From Diadema antillarum (Eukaryota), in NCBI RefSeq assembly GCF_040938485.1, contig NW_027271156.1, forward strand, positions 558,001 through 622,000: 64,000 nt of DNA, in the 5' to 3' direction. This document shows positions 39,001 through 51,774 of the stretch, in pieces. The notes beneath the pieces were generated by a model. The model ran no database searches and was not told the DNA's origin. It saw nothing but the letters and a program-made list of their open reading frames with translations. How positions within the stretch are numbered: position 1 is the first letter of the stretch; each line of letters opens with the position of its first letter. The translations under genes and the position numbers were made by a program.

Positions 39001-39052
39001 CAATGCTAGCCAAAGTAGGAGTAACCATAGCAACGATAGTTCGGGTCAATAA
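30072..39052 (+). CDS. KLHL10: Kelch-like protein 10 (BTB-BACK-Kelch CUL3 adaptor), 705 aa
   Basis: Exons: 30072-30396, 32072-32286, 33053-33333, 34693-34924, 35470-35591, 36053-36274, 36825-37049, 38080-38309, 38787-39052; total 2118 nt, phases consistent. BTB (LCDVTL...FPAHRNVLAACSRYFRALFT), BACK and six Kelch repeats are present. KLHL10-type stretches include LFAVGGWSGGSPTSAIECYDTRADRW, RRCYVSV, RSDASA, GGFNGNECL, RSNFG and DMNVYRSALS. The start codon could be extended by an unseen upstream exon (in-frame acceptor at 30031-30032). Confidence 0.9.
33380..33560. repeat. Imperfect (ATTC/ATTT)n tetranucleotide tract in KLHL10 intron 3
   Basis: Repeated TTCA/TTTA units are visible directly. 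Confidence 0.8.
34459..34601. mobile_element. GGGGGCATTTCATGAAGCGTTTTGTC MITE
   Basis: 26-bp perfect inverted termini. Confidence 0.8.
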
Positions 39053-40553
39053 TATAGATGAAAGGTGTGCTATAGTGTTGGAATGACAAACTGTGCGACT
39101 CCGACCATGATTCTATACCTATAAAGAGTCTCCAAAATATGTTCAAGATATAACACGGGGATGTAAATTGTGCTGGCTGTATGGCCCTTGAAAAAGAAGG
39201 TTAACAACGAACTTCATTTCGTCCACTCAAGCTGTTTGTCTTGCACCTTGCCGAGCGCTCTAAGGAGTCTAAAAAAGTATACTTAATGCAGCTGTAAATA
39301 CCCACTCTAAACGTTAAACGTTATATATTTCACGTTATACCTAAAAGCTTGTACGCTCTTCTGTAAAAGACGTGCAATGTCGTTACGACTTTGTAAGCAT
39401 ATGAATGACTAAAGAAAAACAGAAAATCCTTCAAATTCATCTTCAGAAGACATTGCAAGTATCAGCCTCTTTAAAACCGGCTCCCTCTTCAGCGAAACAT
39501 TTATAGTTCATACAATGTCATACCGTTTCCTATTGACACCTTGAAGAGTGCCTTGCAGCGTATACAACATTATTCACTGCATATCTTAAGACACTCATAC
39601 AAGCACACACCAACGCACATACATCCGTACAAAATCTTACATAACATGGCTGAATCTTCTTTTTTTATGACTCACTCAACAAACACAAATATGGCATTCT
39701 GGTAGAACTTACTGTTTTCGTAGAAAATTTTGCGCCAACATAAGACATGGCTATGCGGATACCAGTCCCATCTTACGAAAAATTTCAAATGAAGTTGAAG
39801 GAAGCATTGTGTTAAAACACACGACATAATTGGGAAAAGAAGGATTTGAATTCAAGAATTCTCGGCATTGGTCTCTGTGTCACAGATAAAAGTCATTTCA
39901 GCCCTTCCACATGAACGCCTTTCGGAAGCAGCCATACATCTTGACGATTGTGTATACTATAGCTGACACATTGGTTTGAGAAATTCAGTGATTGTCAACC
40001 AGTGAGAATATCAATCCAGCACTATATTGCACGGTAGAAGAATGCATCATGCATGTACAAAGGTGAAAAGCGGATAACCAGCATTGATATTGACCACAGT
40101 TTAAATCATCTCCCTTGAACTAAAAAAAAAAAAAGAACAGAAAGAAAATAGTCGCAGTGGATATTTCCACTGAGTACAGCTTAAAGAATCTGCTCACTGT
40201 CTCTAGTAAAGGCCCGTGAGCTTGATTGGTCTCATGTACATAGAGAAATATGAAAGTACTTATATCATTTATAAAGGAAATCATTCTACGTTTAATGATT
40301 ATATCTATTTTTCAAAGCAATAAATTTTTTGTACTTATTCATGCCGAAAGAGAGAAAGAAAATAATTGCGGTAACTTGCTGCATTCCTTTGATTAGATGC
40401 AAATAGATTGCCAATGTGGTGTTTGCAGTCGAGTGTGATATATTTCTCATGGCTACTTATGCAAGCGTCTGCCCTGTTCCTATTATACAATGTTTGGGAA
40501 ATCCCTTCTTTGTAATGCAATATTGGAGATGACTGGCAGGTGATCCTACTATA

Positions 40554-41163
40554 CAGGTTGGCCCAAAAAGTACGGAACGCGTTAGATCTTTAATTTCAAC
40601 AATATCGTTGCAAATATGTCCTTATTTTGCATACTATTGGAAAGGCCATTCTTTTTCCAATAGAATGACACCAAATTCTTTAATTTTGGTTGGTGCGTTA
40701 TGATTTTAGGACCATTTTTGTCAACCCTTGCAATTTTCAAAATGTGATCATTTTGCACTCTCAGGGATACCGAAACCAGCGAGAATTCGGCTTGCCATAA
40801 AACCAGTAGCATTCACAATGTGTGGAATGTGGGGCGGAATGTGTAATTGTTATTGTCCGTTATCATTGTGAATAATGTGAATGTCATTGTGAATATCATT
40901 GTGAATGCTACTGGTTCTATAGCAAGCCGAATTCTCGCTGGTCTCGGTATCTCTGAGAGTGCAAAATGATCACATTTTGAAAATGGCAAGGGTTGACAAA
41001 AATGGTCCTAAAATCATAACACATTAACCAAAATTAAAGAAATTAGTGTCATTCTATTGGAAAAAGAATGGCCTTTCAAACAGTGTGCGAAATAAAGACA
41101 TATTTGCAACGATATTGCTGAAATTAAAGATCTTACGCGTTCCTTTCTTTCTGGGCCACCATG
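40554..41163. mobile_element. 610-bp long-arm foldback MITE with TA target duplication (Tc1/mariner-type ends)
   Basis: TA at 40552-40553 and 41164-41165; arms of about 265 bp (40554-40818 versus 40896-41163) are near-complementary. Confidence 0.85.
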
Positions 41164-41171
41164 TATAGATC

Positions 41172-42301
41172 TTAAAGGGAAATTCCAAGTCAGTAATAGA
41201 TTTGTCTGATAAGAGATAGTAAAATCTTGCAAGTGCGAGAGTGAACACTATTGGTCAAAATGAAAATTAGAGAAATTGTGATGGTTTGCTAATTTCTGCG
41301 GAACAGTTCTGGTACAGTTGATATAACTATGCAAATGATGAATATGCGAGCTGATGATGTCACCACTTTAGAATTTTTCATTGATCGCGTACAAAAAAAA
41401 AAAGTGACGAAAATTCAATTTTCTGTTATCAAAGTGTAAACCATACCCTGCAAAAAGTCCGGTGTTAAATAGTGAACACCGAGCTGGCGTTAAATTTTCG
41501 GTGCTCATTTATGGTGTTAAATCAACACCTCCGGGTGTCATTTCCAATTTTTAAACTGTTTTTGAAGAGTTTCTTAGTAACTACACTTCTTGTTGATTTT
41601 TAACTTAAACAAGACGATCAAGAATTTTACATTAAAATACTAGATTTTTGAAAAAAATGTGAAAATAAATTTACACCACAGTAACACCAGCTGGTGTGGT
41701 CTCTTATTGAAGCTGGACTGGTGTTAAACCATTGATATTAACACCAACAAATATCAAATCAACACCATGTGGTGTCATTTTTGAATTAACACCAGTACAG
41801 TGTCAAAATAACACCAGGTACAGTGTCAAATTAACACCACGAAGTGTCAGGTGAACACTTTTCAACACCATCACAGTGCATTTTCAACACCTGTGGGTGT
41901 GGTCCTCTATTGAAGTTTGATCGGTGTTAGATTTAACACCCGTGGTGTTGAATCTAACACCGATGTTTTTACAGTGTAATATCATTCTTGGTTGAATAAT
42001 GATCAGACACATTAGGTTTAAGTCTGGGGATATTCGTGTTGAAATGAAAAACTGGAAAGTTTAAAATCTTATTTTCAAACTGTATAACAAGTTGTGAGGG
42101 AATGACATCATCACTTCACTATTTGCAAATTCACATTGACTGTTAAAGAACTGCTTCCGGAACAATAGTGAAACTTCAAATTTTCATAAGTTCTTTATTT
42201 TTCGTCCAAATTTTGGTCAAATTGTCATTGTTGTGCCAAAAACGGAGAAAACACTCCTTCTTTTCAAACTAACTTTCAACTGCACAGGAATTTCCCTTTA
42301 A
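41172..42301. mobile_element. TTAAAGGGAAATTCC...GGAATTTCCCTTTAA MITE with a nested insertion
   Basis: 15-bp inverted termini; interrupted by 41444-41978. Confidence 0.75.
41444..41978. mobile_element. C(A/C)CTG(T/C)AAAAA-ended MITE rich in AACACC/GGTGTT motifs
   Basis: TA-flanked imperfect TIRs and many internal AACACC repeats. Confidence 0.65.
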
Positions 42302-44089
42302 AGGAGTGGATCACTGTTCATTTCCCGTAATGTCCTTTGACTTACTTACCCTCCTTGTCTTCAAGTTATTCGTTTGGTGAATGATGCATTGTGATTGACA
42401 CACCTTGACGCGTGTGCTGGAAGGGGGTGTTTTGTGCATCCAACATCAATACTCATATACATACATAATAATCGATATCCATGTCGGATATTACCTTGAT
42501 GCATATAGAGACCATTGTCATAATGTGAATGGGCAACAACTCCAAATGTGTTATTGGTATCCATAGCGTCGGTATGTATTTTTTCCAAAGGTAATTAACA
42601 CGGTTTGTTTTATCTGTTTTATCTAACAAATTTGTTAAACACATTCGGTTAATTTTGTTTTGGGGGAGTTTTTTTTTTCTGCTTGCTTGTGCTTATTTTT
42701 TTTTTTCGATTTTTTTTCTTCGGCTTGTTCTTTGTTGTTTGTTTGTTTGTTTGTTTGTTTGTTTGTTTGTTTGTTGTGTGGTTTCTTTTTTCTTTTTCTT
42801 TTTCTTTTTGCAAGGTGCATTCGCTCTTAGCGAATCAGGAACAATATTGTTCCAATGTTCCCGTTTCCGTCCTATGAGTATTTCTAAGTCCGAGTGAGTC
42901 TTTACTGAGGTTATGTGCGATCGTTCTGTTTTGTATGTGATTCATCAATATCAGTGGTTTCAAAGCGTTATAAATTCTACGTGTTTTAAAGCTGTTAAAA
43001 CCATGAATGGATCATTTGGCTCTACAGTTTCAATTTAAAGCAAGACAAAATGACGGTGGGGTGATATATAATTATAGTTATATATACCACTTCTCTTTTG
43101 TATTACTAATTATTCATTCGGTATTGATGGACTATATTTGGCTTTGTTGTCCCAGACGGGTTAAACTATCGCAAAAGAAGCGTGTGACCCCCTTTTATTT
43201 ATTTGTTGTTGTATGGTGTATTAATTGCCAAAGCAACATCACGTTTATATAAGATTATTTCCCTCCATGGGCATAATTATCATTTTTATCAGATTATGTC
43301 AATCTTGATTACATATTGGACTCTTGATTTGCAAAACGTTGAATTGTCTGCTGTAGCATCTTTAAATCACAATACGAAGAATTGCAATGTTTTTGTAATA
43401 GAGTAAATTATTTATTTCTAACTCAATCGTGCCTGCGATTCTATACGCAATTTGATTCTGAAAAAAGGGATAGAATGTTATATAGATATATTTTTATGGT
43501 ATGCAACATTTTTCTGCAACACTTTTCTGCAACATCTCTTCTTGATATTTGTGAAAATGATCAAAGAATTTGTTACATCTACAGCACGTTTGCTTTTTAA
43601 AAAAATAAAATACTTATAGTAACAAACGTCACTCTCTCCTTGATATAGTGCAAAAAAGAAAAATACTATATCTGCAAACAATGTTGTGTGCAGGGCACAA
43701 TAGAAGTCTCGTTGTTCCCAACTTTTGCAAAACGAAACCATGTTCAGTACAGACAATATTGCCATACGCAATTTTTGGACTGTTGCTTTTCAGTTGTATA
43801 CCTGACAAGTCTGGATTGATAAATAAAAGGCAGTATAGTCATTGTGTTAAAGAGATGATTGTCATTCTTCAATAGAGCTGTTATGTTCTTTCTTGCCATT
43901 GACGTTGATTGAACTATCCACTGTATATCTCTGAGATATTTCATTATTTTGTGAATGTAAGATTCGTCTTTGGTATATATGGTATGTGTGTGTGTGTGTG
44001 TGTGAGTGTGTGTGTGTGTGTGTGTGCGTGTGTGTATGTGAGTGTGAGTGTGTAATTTGTGCGTATATGACTTATTTGCACAGAAAGGG

Positions 44090-44450
44090 TTAAAGGGTGT
44101 GTACAGTTCTGGTCGAGGTGAGGATTTTAACGTTTTTAACGTTTTGCGAGATATTCAGAAACCACTCTATGAGATGTCAAAGAGCATGCAATTCTAAGGG
44201 GTATCAAAAGTTTATTTGATGAAATCGGTTTTGAAATGGCTGAGATATCCAAAAACAAGGCGTGGCCTGTCGCATCACTTTTTTGGATGTCTCAGCCATT
44301 TGAAAAACAATTTTCCTCAAATAAACGTTGAATCCTTCTTAAAATTACATGCTCTTTCATATTTCATAAAAGGTTTCTCATTATCTCACTTAGGAATATT
44401 CAAAACATGAATCCCCACCTCAACAAGTACTGCATGTACAGTCCCTTTAA
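44090..44450. mobile_element. TTAAAGGG...CCCTTTAA-family MITE
   Basis: Same termini and internal blocks (GGTTTTGAAATGGCTGAGAT, GGATGTCTCAGCCATT) as 13605-13994. Confidence 0.7.
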
Positions 44451-45660
44451 TGGATATTGCAAGAGAATAAACATAGATTATGCAACATGCAAAGAGGAAT
44501 CAAATGAAAAAGGCCGTATTGTTTTCAAACATACATACACGAAAGAGGCAAGATTTGTTGTAATCACGTCTTTATTGATAAGTAAAAACAAAGGACATGT
44601 ATTATAATATACCACGTCCTATTCTGGACACATGGGAGGTAGAGACATACTTACAGATACTTACAGTGAACAAATTACAATATAGCTATATTTACAACAG
44701 ATATGTGAAGTTGAAAACAATCACACCGAATTAATCACCGTTCATTTCCCTACGCAGTACACATACACTGTATTACATTTCTGATTTCTGAAGCGTTAAT
44801 CAACTGTACTGATTTTATATCTTATATACAAAATTTTATATTTTGTACGCATTACATAATTTTGAGCGTTTAAGTGTCAATAACCAATGTAAGTTCGTCA
44901 TTTCGTTATCTATCTATACATGCTCATAGTCGAAATGATATTCTTAGGAGCCCTACTTCTTATTGGTTTACAAAGCTGCTGATCCATAATAAAACACATA
45001 CCTAAACATATTCGTGCCTTATTGCCCTACCTTGCAAATCCAGCGTTCAGATTCAGTTACAACGTGTTGAAAAATGCACAGATTCTTCCCTAAATTGGAT
45101 ACTGACGATGCTCAGCCGTGGCGTGCTAATCATGCAATACGCGTCAAGGGTGTTGGAATAATACAAGTAGTCAGAGAAGGTGTTAATAATCTATGATCGC
45201 TAGGATGCCCCAGTCTAACGACTGATTTGATGCTCCTTCATACATTTTTTTTTCATGCGTTTCATTGTCTTAATCTCACTTTCTTCGCAATCTACAAAAG
45301 AACCCTAATTTCCATTCTAGCACTTGATGGCGCAATTTATTGCAAAGATTGATATTTGATTATTGTACACCCTTGTATTACTTTGTTGTTGCTGTTATTA
45401 GGAGAAAAAGACAACAGTGAATGACGTAATAATGAAAATGATTGATGATGATCGCGCCTGCGCATTGTTTCTTAGTAAGAATACGCACAGTCCTGACGAT
45501 GCGCGTACACAAAAATAGAGCACGTATAACATGCGCAACAAACAAATCTTAGGAGTGTCTGTTGCATGCTATGTTTATGATCCTGTAGTGTTGTAAAGAA
45601 TAATGATCGCATACGACTTTCTCAAACTCTACTAGAAACGTTTCGGTTATTTCTAGTAAA

Positions 45661-48600
45661 ATGAAGAAGACAGTGGTGGGAATTTTTGGGACCTGGGACA
45701 TGTCTATCTGGTCAAGACCCGAGGACGTGTTCCGGGAAAAACTAGCGGAAAACCACACCCACCCGTTTACAGAGACTGCGCCAAATCGTAAGTAGAAATC
45801 GTATGGAAGATTCCTAACGTTAGAGCACGTTATAATCAACGAGGAATTAGGCGACGTTGATGAAGAACACAACAGACTTCTACGATTTTTTAAAGACATT
45901 TTACATCACTAATTATTATATAGACCCCTCAGAATCGTGCGGGTCAGTTTTTGCTCAAGGTGCATAGGCCTGCAGGTACGCGTCACTGCAGCGATTTGGT
46001 AAAGAAAAAACACGTTACTTTGAACTGAATCGAATTGAATACTTGTCCATGTATAAATATGTAGAGCCTACATAAACTTTATATGCATAGGGCCTACTTT
46101 ATTGTTCATTATTATGTGTACATATGTGTGTTTGTATGAATGCTTTTTGATCGCCCTGTACAATGTGTGTGCGTGTGTAGAGCCTGCCTGTTCTATTTTC
46201 TTTATAAATATATTTATACATTTAATAGAAAATCTATAGTGTATGTCCCGATAATCATTTTTTTTTCTTATAGAGCATTAATACATGTAGACCCATAATA
46301 CTTTAAAGTGTATCTACTTTTATAGCCTCAGGTGGTTGATAGCATAACTTTACCATTGTTGATTACTATACGTGATTTTTTTTTTTTCAATTTGTGACGT
46401 AGGGTTCATATATGAATTCCGATCCCAGTGGTTTTGGATTTTCCTCTTTGGAATCATCGTCGAGGTCATAGGAGTGACGCTCTGGTACCTGTTCTGGGAT
46501 CCGTCGGTAAGTAACAATCTTCCTGGAATACAAACAAAAAGATAAAGAAAATAACAAAGGGAAGGGGGGGGGGGGGCTCGCCCCCCTTTTTTTGCACAAT
46601 ACATAGGAATACATACATATAGGGTGTAACCACTCTGCATGGTTTGACTACTATTTGACAGTTTGTGTGCTTTGAGGGCCGTGTAATTGGAACAAAAAAA
46701 AAAAGAGCAAGGATAAAATCCTTATATTAATAACGTTTTTCAAACTGTGTTATGTCAAATGTCCCCGAGCTGGTACTAAGAGAAGGAAATTCAGAGGATA
46801 TCTAGCTAAGCAACACTTTTAGATTCTTTATGTTTGGTGAGTTTTGGTTTTTTTTTTGTGTGTGGGGGGGGGGGGACTTCTGAATGAAAATAAATGGAAT
46901 ATTAAGTTTCCATTTTAATTGCTTTCTTTCATTTTATCAAACAATGTAGCTGAAACTTTAATATTTCTTTTTTGTGAGGTTTGATTTGTTTGATTTGATT
47001 TGATTATCACACGTCAATTACTTTCTTGGTTTCATTTTCCTTATCCTTCGACCAGCAATTCATTTCGTTCGCCGTGCTCTTCTTCGTCATCAGTCTCCAT
47101 CGCATCTACGTCCACAAGGACATGATCAAGATCATCATCGACCTCCCCCGAGGCGAGTACTACATCGTGAAGAAAGGTGATCTGACCTACCGCGGTCTCC
47201 TGCACAACATCTACATCAGGCTTATTGGTCAGAACAGCGGTAAGTGTTATAAAATATCATAATTATTCTTATGGGGAAGTTCAATGAGCACGATCGAGTG
47301 GGTGCAGCGAAAAGGCGACTTTGATTGTTGCAACTTCTGAGGGTTAGGGCTTACATTTAGTATCGTTACAGTCCGTTATATCCAAGGCAATGTATATCAG
47401 ACTGACCATATGCTGACTGTTATAAATGGTATGTTTGCGGCACAGTTGATTTTTCTGTTAATGCTTCTCTAACAACCCACGCTGTAGGTTCTGGAGAAAT
47501 TTTCTTCAAGATAGTTTTGAATGGCTACAACCTCGCTCCACAAGATTTGACTTCATCGACTGTTCGAAAAGAGGTAAGATAATTCTTCCCGATAAGTATA
47601 TCGAGCAAGGCTTTTTGTCTCATTTTTTTTTTTAATCTTGTGCTCCGGCCTTAATACCTCACTCTGCAGTTCAGTTCAGTCAAAACCATTAACTTGGACA
47701 GGAGTATATCATGCTATGCCATGTTTACTGATTATTGGCCTATACACGTTCTGGTCAGAAATAAAGAAATCAAATCATAACAAGGAAATTAATACATTAC
47801 TCAAGGCAGGACAGTCATTACAAAAGGATATTACAATGATTGGAAGAAAAAATAACGTGGATGTGTTGTTACACCGTGAATCGAAACCCATGGCTGCTGC
47901 GCATGTATACCGAACACGCGTGTTTTGCGTGGATTTAGAATGTCATTCCGAAAAAAAGAGAAAAGTATATTCCCTACATCTATTTCGAAAAAAAAACAAA
48001 TCCGGAAAAACTATAGTATCCGATACAAATGCTCACCCTGTGAACCATTTTCCACCCTCTGGATGAGAGAGAGAGAAAAAAAAAACAAGCAAAGATAGCA
48101 TCGTTCTTGACAACCCACTCTCTATGGAATAGACGAACAATGAGACTTTGTTTTTCGAATTTTTGACAAAAGCCTTTACATTGCTTTTTTCACATATTCT
48201 AATTAGAGTTGATGTAATTTGTTTCAAATCAAATTGAAGGTTTTCTGCTTTGAAGAAAATCGTTACGAATGAATACATTCATTTTCTTCGTATAATCGGT
48301 ACATTCAAACACACTAAACGTATACGTTACATTAATCTGATAACGGCATGGAATGATCTGTTGATTTCGAGCCATTCACGACAGAGGAATAACGGTGGTC
48401 TGGCTGAATTATTGTTAGAATGTATATTGGTGGGCTTGGGATGCAGAAGGCCACCGGTAATAAATGAGCAAATAGATTGCAGAGATGACAGTCCGAAGAA
48501 AAAGTTAACACATGATTACGTTTATTAATGTATACAAAGCGAAAGGGAAGCGATGTTATCCATTATTTTGTATTTTATTATCTATTTATTTATTCATTCA

Positions 48601-49541
48601 TTTCCAGCAATAGGGTGGATAGCCCTTTCAGCACAGCTGAATTACAAAGGGGTCCACTTGACATAAATATAAAATTGATATAAAAAAAACTTCAGCGAGA
48701 AATACACATTAAAACTTGTACACCATGGGTATGAAATCATTGTTAAAAAAAGTGACTTACAGTTGACAAATTAGTATGATTCATTAAAATATTCAGTAGC
48801 AAAAGAACAAAATATACACAAAATGACTTGCAGTCGACATTTGTGCTTTATTATAGAAACTTGAAAAGTTGGGGCGCCGCTTGGCAAGCAGATTGGGCAT
48901 CAACTACTTTGACTGGACGGACAAATCAACACGTCGTATCCTTTCTCTTCAGAACGAAAGGGAACTTTACGAGTTGGATTGGAAATCTAGTTTGATATAC
49001 GTATAGACACCCAAAATTCATGAAACACCCGGTTGTCGTATAGACGATTGGTAGTTGTTCAAAGAGTTGACAATCGCCATAGAATCTTGACGTCAAGATA
49101 ATGAATTAAAATAATGCATTAGCAACATTTAGGCATCATTTTTTTCTCTTTGATCCTCGTCATGCAAACAGCCGGTACCGAAAGACGGGCCGTTTTGCAA
49201 ACAAACACTGCATATAGCTACATTTGATGATGCGGTAGAAATCCAAGGGTGATATTTGTCATTCCGAAGGTTTGTTAATCCGAAAATAGAAAATAGGCCT
49301 AACTGCTTTTAACAAACCTTTGGCATTACGAACCTTATTCGAAATAACGAAACTTAAATCACGTTTTCGGAATCACGAACCTCGGAATAACGAACTGTAA
49401 CCGAAATCCAAATACTCTGCTTAACTTTTGATACTTGTTTGTCAATAGCTTGTTTTTCCTGAACAACAATTTCCAGATGTCATCCGCCATCGTTCACCGT
49501 TTGCTTCGTCGCGAAGCAGCTCCATCGAAGAGGAACTCTGA
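45661..49541 (+). CDS. TMEM249: TMEM249 / CATSPER-theta-like sperm CatSper auxiliary subunit, 214 aa, two TM segments
   Basis: Exons: 45661-45787 (...RPEDVFREKLAENHTHPFTETAPN), 46403-46506 (RFIYEFRSQWFWIFLFGIIVEVIGVTLWYLFWDPS), 47056-47239 (QFISFAVLFFVISL...IIIDLPRGEYYIVKKGDLTYRGLLHNIYIRL), 47488-47573 (GEIFFKIVLNGYNLAP), 48857-48935 (LEKLGRRLASRLGINYFDWTDKSTR), 49477-49541 (HVIRHRSPF...EEEL*). Total 645 nt, all GT-AG and in phase. Colinear with recalled human TMEM249 motifs (PERHLARRL..N.FYPF, RGVYHF...GPLHLVYVRL, LGRYIARKLNINYFD...RHVVRH). Confidence 0.82.
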
Positions 49542-49715
49542 AAATGTCTTCTCATTTTGTTTTTCTGTAAACGAATCCATTGTAACAACACTTCATTTTT
49601 TGCCGCTTTGAAGTGCTTTGAGAGGTTTGAATCATCACTAAGATTATGAAGCATCCCAATCACTATCTCCCCGTATGATATGCTTTCCTGCATTCCTACC
49701 CCTCCCCCCCCCCGC

Positions 49716-49747
<32 letters not shown>

Positions 49748-49788
49748 GTCCCTTCCCCCTCCCACGTCCTTTGTTCGTTTCTTTGTCT

Positions 49789-50181
49789 TTAAAGGGATGA
49801 TATAGTTCTGGTTTTAAGAGGAGATTCAGATTTCGAATTTTTGCGAGATAGTTACTAAGAAACTACTTATATGAAAAATTAAAGAGCATATACAATATAA
49901 TAGTTTATTTGATGAAAATCACTTTTGAAAGGGCTGAGATTTTCAAACACAAAGCAAAACAAATCGGTCTTTATAAAAAGTGTGTCCCACCTTTTATTAC
50001 AGTGTATTTTTGGATCAGCCATATTAAAACCGATTTTTATCAAATAGAACTTTAAATTCCTCTCAGAATCTTACGCTCTTAAAAATGTCATATAAATGGT
50101 TTCTAATCATCTCACACACACACACACACAAATGTTAAAATCTGAATCCCCATCTCAATCAAAACTGTACCATCCCTTTGA
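49789..50181. mobile_element. TTAAAGGG...CCCTTT-family MITE, diverged
   Basis: TTAAAGGGATGATATAG start and CTGTACCATCCCTTT end; internal similarity to the other copies. Confidence 0.65.
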
Positions 50182-51774
50182 AATCGCTTTTTTAATCTTT
50201 CTGGGGATCTCCTTCTCTCGATTGTCATGCTGGAAACAACAATGCGACGCACTCATCAGCAGGTTTGAGATGCGCAGACTCGAAGTCCCCGACTTTGGAT
50301 GCCTTTTGTTACCAGCCATGATAATTTTCTGATTGCAAAAATGTAGCGCAGAAATTAAACTATTTAACATGACAAGGGAAGGACGGGAAAAGCGATAATT
50401 TTGAAGAAGGGAATACAGATGACATCTATAAGGCACAGTTTGAGATTGTGGCTGCTCAATTTAACGCAACGAATTGTCAAAAATTGTTGACGATGAAAAT
50501 CAAAATGGATGACGAAAACCAGAAACAAGCCATTTCTTTTTTCTAATGATACCATAATGATCAATGCTGTCACTTTTGATTATCAAGAGATCCATGAAGA
50601 GATATTACCACTATGATGTCATTGCAAGGCGGTTCCTGAAGTTGTTTAGTCTAATACTAACATGTTTACGGGAATAGATTTGGTAAATGCGTTCACTCAA
50701 TGCTAGTTTATTCAAACGGCATCTGTGATGATTCTTTTTTCCCTGATCACAGCTTAATTAGTGCAGTCGTAGAGGCATCCCAGATTCCTCGAACTGTATC
50801 GAAGAGTGGAGTTGAACATAGTTAGTAGTTAGATCATGTAAATCATGATAACTGCTTTTACCGAACTCTAAGGCATCTATAGTACGATAAGAGTAATTGT
50901 TTTCTGAGGATACTATGCTGTCACTTTATATCAAGATATCCTTGAAGAGATTAATACCACGCCATGGCAAGGCGTTTCCCGAAATTGTTTAGCAATATTT
51001 TCGCCTACGAGACGCTGTCAAAAATAAACGAGGAATGTGTAAAGGAGATAAATCAGAGTTGTTTTATCCTTATTACAACCGGGTAAACAGGATGTGATAC
51101 TGATTGTCTGATTGCACAGAAACAAAAAACAAAAAAAGGAAATGATGCAATCCTATAATGTAGAATTTGATTTGAATGAATGAATAATGACAGGCGACGG
51201 AAGACAAGATATAAGAGCACTTTGAGAAAATGTCAAAAGACAAGGTCACTCCAAATGACCAATGTAATTCTGTGTAATGAGTGAATGTAACAATAGTCGT
51301 GATGAACGTTATCATTTAATTTAAAGTCTGAGGAAAGACGGAAAATCCGTTTAAAAGTTATAAATCTTTTAAGTTTCAGTGCCGCCGTCACTGGATGGGA
51401 AGACAGTTTGTGACATCACTGCAGGACAAGGATATAGTTATAAAGAAAATAATCACAGAATTCAATCTCGACTTTCATCTTTGAGAGCAACGTAGGGGGA
51501 TCAATATTACCCTTAACATTGTGTCAGTATAACTATAGTCGACAGTGTGTGTATTTTCATTTACAAAAAGAAAATGACATTTTGTGGAATTCTCTTTATG
51601 TATTTCAGTCTTATATCGTTGTCCTGCCGTGACGTCGCAAACTTTTGTAATCTTCTTATCCAGTGATGGCTGCACTGAATATTTAAGAATTCATAACTTT
51701 TACACTGATTTTCTGATTTTCCTCTAACTTCCTTGATGTGTCCATCTATTCCTGCATTCACTCAATCCACACAA

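Noticed and set aside
46350-46640. Minus-strand ORFs (46387-46614, 46350-46640) that look like a terminal exon with Tyr motifs
   Set aside because: The plus strand of the same DNA is TMEM249 exon 2, in phase with both neighbours and encoding a TM helix; the minus ORFs are antisense shadows.
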